DNA of 64,000 nt from Veleropilina oligotropha (lineage: Eukaryota): positions 186,001 through 250,000 of the forward strand of contig JBEUKZ010000100.1 of assembly GCA_048128005.1 (NCBI GenBank), in the 5' to 3' direction. The position numbers were made by a program, and so were the translations under genes. A model generated the notes under the pieces. It was not told the DNA's origin. It ran no database searches and was given only the letters and a program-made list of their open reading frames with translations. Shown piece after piece: positions 53,627 through 61,601 of the stretch; within the stretch, counting starts at the first letter, position 1; each line of letters begins with the position of its first letter.

Positions 53627-53902
53627 ATGTGGGGAACGGACACCTGTCAATGGCTCACCATCAGCTCCACGGAGCTATGTGGTAAGAGATGTCTGAACAC
53701 GTATTGCAAAGTCCACCTGGCTCGGCTACGGCGAAATGGCTGGGGCACAAAGCCCTGCATCAAATGCGGCAAAGGCGTCTTTAACCGGTTTACGTTGTGC
53801 CGGGGTTGTGGGTATCAGAATGAAGACGTTAAGGACTGGCAACGAAAGAAAAGGGCCTTCCAGAGAGAGTTTCGCCGCATGGCTGCAATCTACCACACGT
53901 AA
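53627..53902 (+). CDS. Small Cys/His-rich (double zinc-finger-like) basic viral protein, 91 aa
   Basis: C-x10-C-x3-C-x4-C-x2-H, then CxxC-x10-CxxC; stop lies 15 nt before the polymerase ATG. Confidence 0.75.
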   Translation: MWGTDTCQWLTISSTELCGKRCLNTYCKVHLARLRRNGWGTKPCIKCGKGVFNRFTLCRGCGYQNEDVKDWQRKKRAFQREFRRMAAIYHT

Positions 53903-53917
53903 TTTCCTATTAGAGAA

Positions 53918-56900
53918 ATGATTTGGCGTAGTGTATACCCCCCCAGCAACATGGATGACCTGCGCAATCTAGCGAAAGATTATGGGATTCCCGCTCGGTC
54001 GAAGCTGAAGAAGCACGACCTCGTCAGGGCAATCGCCAGGGTCCGTGCTGCGGAGTTTCGGAGCAGACTCGAGCGGGCGATGAAAACGGGAAGGTTCCCC
54101 TCCATACGTGGAGATGTGGAGAACCCCCACAAAAGAGGCCGACGTGCTCGCGAGTTGCGGCAGATTAAGGACGAGGTCGACGCCGCCCTGCAGGCTCGTA
54201 AATACGAATCCCAGGCTGAGAAAAATCCCAGGATTCGACTGAAGCCACTTCGCGCCATCGCGGATCGAATCGTCAAGCGGTCTCGGAAAGAGACCCTTGC
54301 CCATGCTATTGCTCGGAAGGGGCCCGATCTTCTCATCTCCAAAACGCCCCGGACAGCCCAGGACTACCAGAAGGATCTTCTAGGGCAATTTACCACACCC
54401 GAGGGACAACGATTCATCGACCTGGATGACCAGGTCCCTCCCCCAGTAAGGCTCCCAGCAAAAGAGCCATGGGTGGAACTCTTGAGCGACGCCAAAGACG
54501 AGTTTGAGGTCGATGGCGCCACGGCGGCTTTCTCCACATGGAGGGTAGAAGTGGCTGGACGGCTGGCCCTGGATGCCCGTATGACAGATGCAAGGGCGGC
54601 ACAGCTCCTCACAGCCCTTCCAAAGGGCGAGTTTCTCCTTAGGATAAAGTTCTTGCGTGAGTGGGGTGAAGGTGACTGGGTGGTCGAAGACAAGTTTGAC
54701 CCGGTGAAGGCTGCGAGAAAGAAGGGCCAGGGTGTCTTTGAGATCTCTCAAGATACTAAGCCGGGTGCTATCACTGGGGTCGACAAGGTCTACTACGAGA
54801 ATGCCTACCCGGTCACTGCAGTCGTCTACGGCGTCTATCCTCTCAGAGAACCAAACCCCGCCAACCTGGTTCCGATGAAGAACGGCGACCTCAACTGCGT
54901 TGCCCAACGAGTGGTTGAGCACTTCGAAGGTGCCCTTAGAGGAAACGGACTCACCCCGACAAGGCGGCAGAAAATACTGGAGTGGGAAGAGCGAGTCCAC
55001 GTAACAGGCGCCACTGTGGATGATATATCCATCCTCGAGAGGATCCTCAAACGGGCGATCATACTGAGAGATATTGCCGGCGAGGACATCTACAGCAGTG
55101 GGAAGTACCAGGGCTGGCATAGACCAGTAGAACTCATCTGTCACAACGGCCACGCCTGGTCGAAGGACCTACACTTTCCGCAGTCTCGCGAGGTCCACCT
55201 GTATGAGGGCGATGTCTGGGAAGCTATCCGACAAGCCACACAGAACGAGCCATTGGCTGTCTGGCTCCTAGGCGGTAAAGACCGACAGCTCGGCGTGGAC
55301 CAGTTCGTGCTTCAGGACGGCCGCACGTACAGGACAAAAGAGACTCACGAGATACTCCAAGAAGCCTGTACAGCGCTGGGAAACGAGTCCCTAGCCGATC
55401 GAGCCTTTGGCGTGAACCATGCAGCTAGCATTATGGCTAAAGAGACCAACGGCTGGAAACCCACCCCGGCGAGCCTGCTCGATGACATCCAGAAGGCCTG
55501 TGTAGAGCATGGCCACGGCGGTCTCTGGAATTCCATGAATTACGACACGGGCGATGTCTGCTGCATCGATATGAAAGCCTGCTACCCTGCCAGCTTTCTG
55601 GGGAAGGGCGAGGCTAAGCCCTATTTCGAAAGATTCGGACACCCACTCCACAGCATGACCCGGGTCGCAATTAACGGTCCTCTACCCCAAGATATCGGGA
55701 CCGGGTTTGCTGAGGTCGTGGAATGGGAGTTCGCACAAGACATCCACCCCGTCATTGTAGCATGGTTCGGAAAGCACTTTGCAGAGAATGGATGGGCACC
55801 CACCCCGCTGCTCGCCTTCCTCGTAGACTCTGGACTGCTAAAAAGCCTCAAGATCCGAGAGGCCATCATCGCGTTCAAAAACCAGACCGATGTCTGGCTT
55901 CCGGAGAATCGTGACCAGGGCTGCAGCATTATCGGCAAATTCACCCAAGGCGCCAAAGCCGATGGCAAAAGATTGACTCGTAGACTGGTGACCGACCAGG
56001 GTGAGCTCGACTTCCTCGTAAGAGACACCCGCCAAAGCGGCACCCTGGTTGGCGCTCCTCAGAGATGCCCCCTCGGTCACATCCTCACGTACTATGATGG
56101 CTCCCAGCCTCAGTACGCCCACCTGAGGGCATCCATGTTGGCCTATGCACACATAAACCTCTTGAGCATGCTGAAGCGTTTCAGTGCAGCAGAAGCCGTC
56201 CGGGTAGCCACGGACAGCATCTACCTCAAGAAGGCCTCGTTGGAGAAGCTCGACGATGTCACGGTGTACGTTGCCCCCAGACTCTGCGGCTGTGGCGAGA
56301 AATCGTGCATCTCATGTCTGATCGCGGAGCCGTACCTTCCGCCAGTAGCACCAGCCCAGTGGCGTGACAAGGGCGAACAGCTGTATATGCCACAGGAACA
56401 TGCCGCATACCTACCCAAGCCAGAGTATTGTTGTGCCGCCAATTCCAGCCAGCCGAGCACCGCGCCATGCTACAATGACACACTGACCCACCATCGCCTG
56501 AGTTACCTCAACGGTGGAGGGGGCTGTGGCAAGACTACGAGAGCGATCGAGCTCTTCCGGGCAAGGAATCCCGTCGTGTTCACACCAACCCACCGCCTCG
56601 CTAAAGAGATGCGGACCAGAGGCGTCAAAGCCCAGACCTACCACAGCTTCTTCCGATGGAGCGGCCAGAACGACTGGACGCCTGATCGCATGGGTCAGAA
56701 GTTCATCCCGCGCGTCATTATCTGGGACGAGGTCTGTACTGTTCCCCGGCACATCCTAGAGATGTTCTTGGACTGGCTGGGCCGCCACGAAGTGCAGGTT
56801 ATCTGCTGTGGTGATCAAGGCCAGCCACCACCGATTACGGGCGAGATGCCGCACGATTGGCTGCGAAAGACCGCGGACTACTATGAAGAGATCGAAGTAG

Positions 56901-57790
56901 ACTACAGGGCGAAAGACGACCCTGCCCTCCAAGCCCTGAAAAGACGTATCCGTCTCCAGCCCGACAAAGTCCAGTGCGACGAGATGCGACGGACCCTCCC
57001 CAGCTGCCTCGGATGGGACCGGTTCGTCAACACCTGGAAGCCCGGCGACCTAATCCTCACAAGCCGTCAGAAGGTCCGCGAACGAGCTCAAGAGCTGTTG
57101 CTCCAGAGGCACAAGGAGCACTTCCCAGACTCCTATGTCCCGATCCTGTACCACCCCAGGGACAGCAGAAAACAGAACATCATGGTAACCATTCCGGGCA
57201 CCAGCGACAGAGAGGAGCTAGTTCTGAACGACGTCGTCGAGGTCACCATTGAGGCCGCTGAGCGGGCTATCCTGACCCCGGATTGGCGCCTGGGCTATGC
57301 CCTGACCATCCATTCGAGCCAGGGTCTTACGATTCACGACCCACAGAAAGTCTGGATCATCGACGACTACCTTCAGTGGAGTAATCTCGCCTACCTAGCC
57401 GTGTCCCGGGTGGAGCTGCTGCGTCAGCTCGAACGGGTAACCTGTCCACCGGATGAGGGTTCTGAGGACAGGCCCCCCCAAGCGCCCCAAACCGAGCAAC
57501 AGCTCCGAAAGACCATCCAGAAAAAGCTTGTGGCGTACAAACGCCAGGACCAGGCAACGGGACTCCCGGGGTTTAACCTCAAGGTCGACGACATCCTGCG
57601 GCTCAGAGAGGCCCAAAACAACCGCTGCGCAGCATGCAACATAGAGCTGCTCTGGGAATATTCCCCGAAGGACACACAGCAGTTCAGTGTCGACCGTGTG
57701 GACAACAGCAGGGGCCACACCCGCGACAACGTGCGCTTAACGTGTCTGGAATGTAACCGGAAACGAGGATTTGCGGTTGTTAACGCCTGA
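53918..57790 (+). CDS. 1,290-aa replication protein: Rho_N/HeH-like, vOTU-like protease, divergent family-B DNA polymerase, SF1B helicase, HNH/EndoVII-like nuclease
   Basis: DLRNLAKDYGIPARSKLKKHDLVRAI; GDLNC(327)...NGH(412); PolB-like IDMKACYP, CSIIGKF, VATDSIY; helicase GGGGCGKT, TPTH, TYHSFF, IIWDE, GDQGQPPPI, YALTIHSSQGLT, YLAVSRV; CAAC...SVDRVDNSRGH...NVRLTCLECN. Confidence 0.9.
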   Translation: MIWRSVYPPSNMDDLRNLAKDYGIPARSKLKKHDLVRAIARVRAAEFRSRLERAMKTGRFPSIRGDVENPHKRGRRARELRQIKDEVDAALQARKYESQAEKNPRIRLKPLRAIADRIVKRSRKETLAHAIARKGPDLLISKTPRTAQDYQKDLLGQFTTPEGQRFIDLDDQVPPPVRLPAKEPWVELLSDAKDEFEVDGATAAFSTWRVEVAGRLALDARMTDARAAQLLTALPKGEFLLRIKFLREWGEGDWVVEDKFDPVKAARKKGQGVFEISQDTKPGAITGVDKVYYENAYPVTAVVYGVYPLREPNPANLVPMKNGDLNCVAQRVVEHFEGALRGNGLTPTRRQKILEWEERVHVTGATVDDISILERILKRAIILRDIAGEDIYSSGKYQGWHRPVELICHNGHAWSKDLHFPQSREVHLYEGDVWEAIRQATQNEPLAVWLLGGKDRQLGVDQFVLQDGRTYRTKETHEILQEACTALGNESLADRAFGVNHAASIMAKETNGWKPTPASLLDDIQKACVEHGHGGLWNSMNYDTGDVCCIDMKACYPASFLGKGEAKPYFERFGHPLHSMTRVAINGPLPQDIGTGFAEVVEWEFAQDIHPVIVAWFGKHFAENGWAPTPLLAFLVDSGLLKSLKIREAIIAFKNQTDVWLPENRDQGCSIIGKFTQGAKADGKRLTRRLVTDQGELDFLVRDTRQSGTLVGAPQRCPLGHILTYYDGSQPQYAHLRASMLAYAHINLLSMLKRFSAAEAVRVATDSIYLKKASLEKLDDVTVYVAPRLCGCGEKSCISCLIAEPYLPPVAPAQWRDKGEQLYMPQEHAAYLPKPEYCCAANSSQPSTAPCYNDTLTHHRLSYLNGGGGCGKTTRAIELFRARNPVVFTPTHRLAKEMRTRGVKAQTYHSFFRWSGQNDWTPDRMGQKFIPRVIIWDEVCTVPRHILEMFLDWLGRHEVQVICCGDQGQPPPITGEMPHDWLRKTADYYEEIEVDYRAKDDPALQALKRRIRLQPDKVQCDEMRRTLPSCLGWDRFVNTWKPGDLILTSRQKVRERAQELLLQRHKEHFPDSYVPILYHPRDSRKQNIMVTIPGTSDREELVLNDVVEVTIEAAERAILTPDWRLGYALTIHSSQGLTIHDPQKVWIIDDYLQWSNLAYLAVSRVELLRQLERVTCPPDEGSEDRPPQAPQTEQQLRKTIQKKLVAYKRQDQATGLPGFNLKVDDILRLREAQNNRCAACNIELLWEYSPKDTQQFSVDRVDNSRGHTRDNVRLTCLECNRKRGFAVVNA

Positions 57791-58778
57791 GAACCGGCGG
57801 CAGCTGGGTATCACGAGGCACCACGAGAAGTTCCTCACGAACGAAGCCACGCAGTGGTCCATCCAGCAAGTAGTAGAGCACAGGCTCGTCAGGCTTAGTG
57901 ATGGAGCGTCCAAGCCTGTAAACTTTTAGAGACCACACCGGGTCAGTAGCACGGCGATGACCCCCCTCCAGCTCACCATCGTAGTAAAGGTAGCGAACAT
58001 CTACGTCAGAGGGGAGTTTCTGTTCCTTCCCCTGTCGGCCTGGAACAGTGGCGCCTGGCTTTTGGGCAACGCGAGGTGCCTTGATGGCGTCCTTGGGCTT
58101 TTTACCGGTCAGCCTGGTCACTTCCCCATTCAACGCCGCAACTACAGCTGCTAACCGGGCGACCCACTCAGTTGACCTTTGACCCTCTTTCGCAGACTCT
58201 GCAAACCGCATCTCTGTTGCATACTGGTGCCCGAAGAGCCGCTCAGCGAGCGTCCGGTTGAAGCGCTCCACAATGCCCTGATCGCGATGGATATCCACAC
58301 GGCCACGCCTAACCTCGACGTTATTCTTTGCCAGCAGCTGGGAGACCGCGCCCATAAACTCTCGCCCTGGATCGACTTGAAGCAGTTTCGGCCAGCCAAG
58401 AGGACTCCGCCTGTAGATTCGGGCTAGTGCTTCAGCAACCCCTTTGGCCTCTTTTGTGACCAGAGGCTCAGCCTCTTTAAAGCGACTGGCCACATCAACC
58501 ACAGTCAAAGCGTACTTATAGGTTTTACGGCCGACCTTGTCATGGGGGAGAAACAGGAGGTCGGCTTGGTGAACCTCGTTTGGCGTTACGACGTCGAATT
58601 TTGGTCTTGGAATCCGCCGTGGCGCAGGTAAATAGATCTGCCATATAGCCTGCCTCTTAAGCCATGTCCGGGCCTCCATTTCAGACGCCTTGGCAGCCTC
58701 CGCTAGTTTCTTTATCGCGGCAATGCCTTTCCAGTAGCCCTTAGGGCTGTAGTACATCCTCGCAAGCTTACTATCCAT
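57780..58778 (-). CDS. Retroviral-like (rve) DDE integrase, Polinton-type, 332 aa
   Basis: HQADL, YALTVVDVASRF, LQVDPGREF and QGIVERFNRTL give an intact D,D,E triad; Polinton-like N-terminus (YYSPKGY); no C-terminal chromodomain seen. Confidence 0.95.
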   Translation of the reverse strand: MDSKLARMYYSPKGYWKGIAAIKKLAEAAKASEMEARTWLKRQAIWQIYLPAPRRIPRPKFDVVTPNEVHQADLLFLPHDKVGRKTYKYALTVVDVASRFKEAEPLVTKEAKGVAEALARIYRRSPLGWPKLLQVDPGREFMGAVSQLLAKNNVEVRRGRVDIHRDQGIVERFNRTLAERLFGHQYATEMRFAESAKEGQRSTEWVARLAAVVAALNGEVTRLTGKKPKDAIKAPRVAQKPGATVPGRQGKEQKLPSDVDVRYLYYDGELEGGHRRATDPVWSLKVYRLGRSITKPDEPVLYYLLDGPLRGFVREELLVVPRDTQLPPVLRR

Positions 58779-58992
58779 CAGCAATGTATTCCAGTAAACT
58801 GATCAGTCTCCAACAGGCTTCAGCTTCCGGAGCCGGTCGCTGCGCAGTGGTCACCCGTAGGTTGGTCGGGCCCGAGAGCACCAGGACCGCGAACCGCACC
58901 ATAGTCTTTTCGTCACGGCGCCAGCAGTCGAGTAACGTAGTACTATAGCCGACCGCAAGCATAGCGCAGTACAGCTCTTCTGGGAGCCCCAT
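58771..58992 (-). CDS. Small hypothetical viral protein, 73 aa
   Basis: ATG-initiated, fills the gap between genes; its end overlaps the integrase ATG. Confidence 0.5.
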   Translation of the reverse strand: MGLPEELYCAMLAVGYSTTLLDCWRRDEKTMVRFAVLVLSGPTNLRVTTAQRPAPEAEACWRLISLLEYIADG

Positions 58993-59032
58993 TACTATAC
59001 ATGCCCACGAAAAAAATGTCCACTGGAAATAA

Positions 59033-59461
59033 TTAGGCGAGCTTGTAGGCTACCAACCCGGTCGCAGCCATCCCCAGGATGATGAAGGTGATCTCACGTC
59101 CCTTCTGGCCATCGCTCGGTGTGTAGTAGTCAGACAGGGCGGGCTCAGGGCCACCCCCCAGGTCGGGGTCAAGGTTCTTGCCGGTGATCAATGCATACTC
59201 ACGGATCGCGGCGTCAACATCCCGGAATGTGCCAACGGCATGACCCTGGCGGCGAAGTTCAACGTTCAGCCAGTCGAGACGCTCTGCCCTCTGTTGTGAC
59301 CATTTAGTCTGAGCAGCGTTGAGCTGTTCTACAGCAATGTCGTGGCGTTTACGCTCCGCATCGACACCGGAGCTGCGTAGCTTCGAGAAGAGGAAGTTGG
59401 AGCCGCTGAAGGCGAGGGCGTTGACGAGAGCGCCCCCAACCAGCATCGCAATGGAAGCCAT
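59033..59461 (-). CDS. Hypothetical viral protein, 142 aa, hydrophobic at both ends with a central helical region
   Basis: MASIAMLVGGALVNALAFSGSNFLF...ERKRHDIAVEQL...ITFIILGMAATGLVAYKLA; co-oriented in a compact gene block. Confidence 0.8.
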   Translation of the reverse strand: MASIAMLVGGALVNALAFSGSNFLFSKLRSSGVDAERKRHDIAVEQLNAAQTKWSQQRAERLDWLNVELRRQGHAVGTFRDVDAAIREYALITGKNLDPDLGGGPEPALSDYYTPSDGQKGREITFIILGMAATGLVAYKLA

Positions 59462-59492
59462 TGAAATGCTGCGATTATCTAGCAAGGTCCCA

Positions 59493-59732
59493 CTACTTCA
59501 ATATATCGGCCGGAATGATGCCTTGCTTGATCAGCATGTCTTTCGTCGCCATGGCGAGCGATACGTCGAGGACGACCATCCCGACATCGTACCCCGTGAA
59601 GTCCAGTTTGGGGCTCGCTCCCTTGAATACCATCTTTGTCAGGCGTGCGTAGCCTATGGCGAGGCCTGACACTATAGCGGCGTGGTATACAGCGTTGCCG
59701 AGCATCTTTCCATCAGTGATTGGGGTAGTCAT
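59493..59732 (-). CDS. Small hydrophobic viral protein, 79 aa
   Basis: Two hydrophobic or amphipathic segments; ATG start; tight packing with neighbours. Confidence 0.75.
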   Translation of the reverse strand: MTTPITDGKMLGNAVYHAAIVSGLAIGYARLTKMVFKGASPKLDFTGYDVGMVVLDVSLAMATKDMLIKQGIIPADILK

Positions 59733-59757
59733 AACTGTTGATTAGTACCGTTTGCGA

Positions 59758-60249
59758 CTATTGCATATGAAAAGGGTTCTGCTTCTTCAATTCGATAGTG
59801 GGGGCGGCCCGAGAGCACCGAGCGTCCGCGTCTGGTGGCTGTTGATGTGGTGTGGATGGACCAGGGTTGCTGCGTTCTGAGGACGTCTTCCAGACAACAA
59901 ATACCAACGCAACCGTACCGGCAGCGACGGCTACCTGGGTCCAATTAAATTGGTCCGATTTCTGTGTATCTGGCGCACGCGGTCTTTCTGCGGCTGGAAC
60001 CGCCTCCCCGGGCTGTTCTGATGGAACGACAACACTTGTTGGGGCACTCAGGTCTTCTTTCATTTTTCGAACCGCGGCCAGTAGCTTCTCCTGCTTGGCT
60101 TTTCGAGCAGCAGCGCCGGCCCTCCCTGCAGCCACTTTTTTCGGGTCCTTTTTACTCACTGATGAGTCCGTCGAAGAAGTCACCCTCTCTATCGGCTGGC
60201 TCTCGATCGGCTGTCTCTCGATCACTTGGTCCACTTCCGGCGTTGTCAT
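59758..60249 (-). CDS. Hypothetical viral protein (~163 aa) with a basic motif and one transmembrane segment
   Basis: KKDPKKVAAGRAGAAARKAK, low-complexity linker, VAVAAGTVALVFVVW. Confidence 0.7.
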   Translation of the reverse strand: MTTPEVDQVIERQPIESQPIERVTSSTDSSVSKKDPKKVAAGRAGAAARKAKQEKLLAAVRKMKEDLSAPTSVVVPSEQPGEAVPAAERPRAPDTQKSDQFNWTQVAVAAGTVALVFVVWKTSSERSNPGPSTPHQQPPDADARCSRAAPTIELKKQNPFHMQ

Positions 60250-60907
60250 CTTGATCTGGTATCTTAGGCGGGCAAACATGTCCAAATTGGCAGTGCTTAG
60301 CCGTGGTCAACGCTGCGGTCAGCGGTGCGAGGTACATGCCATATTTATAATACAGCTCACAGCTTGCAGTGGTCAGGGCATGTGAGATGAATGGGTCGGC
60401 CTCCAGGTCGGCGATCAGTCGTAGCTGGTTTGCTGGTGGAATGGGCAGGAACGTCCCAGCTGCCCCCGCGTAGAGATGAATAGCTGAAGTCCCCAGAGTC
60501 TTCGTCACATCGGCACCGAGTTTCGCTTCATACCTCGCGTGGTGCTTTTCGACCTCGTCGTCAGTCATGTCGTCTATCCGGTCCACTGTGAGGTTACGCC
60601 CCATGTATCGGTGGGCCTGTCCTCCAACGGCTAAGGCTGCAAGCCTCTCACGCTTTGCCGCGCAAACGGAACTTGCGACTCCACTGTTACTGACAGGTTC
60701 CTTGCCATCGGGAGTCAAGCGACAGCTGTTGATGGTCGTTTCTTGTTCGTCATCCATGAGTTGATCGATGAGGCTGTCCATCCTGAAGCGTTTCCAGCAT
60801 CGCCTCACCGGTCTAATATAACTGTAAATCCAATACCACAATGTAGCGAGTAGGAGCAAGATCAGGCTCTGGCTGAAAGCAAAAGCTAGATATACAGCGT
60901 CCGACAT
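60152..60907 (-). CDS. Hypothetical viral protein, 251 aa, with a possible N-terminal membrane anchor
   Basis: Hydrophobic N-terminus followed by a basic patch, then a helical domain; alternative ATG at 60781. Confidence 0.75.
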   Translation of the reverse strand: MSDAVYLAFAFSQSLILLLLATLWYWIYSYIRPVRRCWKRFRMDSLIDQLMDDEQETTINSCRLTPDGKEPVSNSGVASSVCAAKRERLAALAVGGQAHRYMGRNLTVDRIDDMTDDEVEKHHARYEAKLGADVTKTLGTSAIHLYAGAAGTFLPIPPANQLRLIADLEADPFISHALTTASCELYYKYGMYLAPLTAALTTAKHCQFGHVCPPKIPDQDDNAGSGPSDRETADREPADREGDFFDGLISE

Positions 60908-60968
60908 GCTAGGTAGTGCTGTAGATGCTAGGCAGATGCTGGGTAGATGCTCAGTAGACTACAGCTTG

Positions 60969-61601
60969 CTACAGCACACTATAAGCAACGGGCTGATCAG
61001 TTTTCAACAGAAGCTTAGCGTGTCGTGTCTCGGCCAACAGCCGGCGAACCTCGGTCCGTTCATCCTGCGACGGGATTACATCGTTCTCGCGCAGACAGTC
61101 CTCGAAACTGTCGCGGTCCTTGCAATGGAACAGCGCGACCCAGCGGGTCTGCTCTCTGAGCTCCTTCAAGACCGAGTTGTACTTTTGCGTCACTACCCAT
61201 ACGCTCTGGGAAGCATGCCTGCCGCTGAAGGCCAACAAAGTCAGCATGTCCCTCCTCTTTGCCATAGCCTTGCTCGCGGCGCAGTCGTCGATGATATATA
61301 AAGTTGATTCCCCCTGAAACAGTCGGTAGAACCCCCGCAGCCAGTCATGGAGTCGCTCACCCGGGGGGACTAAATACACCTCAGGGTCGGTCCAGATCCA
61401 CGGACAAGACTGGTATGCTTTGTTGTACTTGATCGTGGGGCAGAGGACCACGATATGCCGGAAGACGCCTCGATACTCCCCCTCCAGCAGTTCAAGCATG
61501 AAAACCGTCTTCCCACAGCCCGTCTGGCCGCAGATGATTGCGGAGTGGGGGTCCTTGGTGTGCGGAAATCGTTTAGTACAGTGCTTCGACGAATCGGCCA
61601 T
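60969..61601 (-). CDS. A32/FtsK-HerA-family genome-packaging ATPase, 210 aa
   Basis: Walker A GQTGCGKT, Walker B LYIIDD, FSGRH arginine motif, VVTQ sensor; adjacent to the capsid gene. Confidence 0.93.
   Translation of the reverse strand: MADSSKHCTKRFPHTKDPHSAIICGQTGCGKTVFMLELLEGEYRGVFRHIVVLCPTIKYNKAYQSCPWIWTDPEVYLVPPGERLHDWLRGFYRLFQGESTLYIIDDCAASKAMAKRRDMLTLLAFSGRHASQSVWVVTQKYNSVLKELREQTRWVALFHCKDRDSFEDCLRENDVIPSQDERTEVRRLLAETRHAKLLLKTDQPVAYSVL

Noticed and set aside
56500..57450. Helitron RepHel as the source of the Pif1-like helicase
   Set aside because: No HUH/Y2 Rep motifs seen; the helicase is fused to PolB-like motifs and lies among integrase, ATPase and capsid genes
53969..57729. 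Many minus-strand and alternative-frame ORFs inside the 1,290-aa gene
   Set aside because: Shadow ORFs expected in GC-rich coding DNA; no motifs, and fully overlapped by a motif-rich frame
57780..58778. LTR retrotransposon or Ginger origin for the integrase
   Set aside because: No gag, RT or RNase H and no LTRs around it; it is a standalone gene within the viral block
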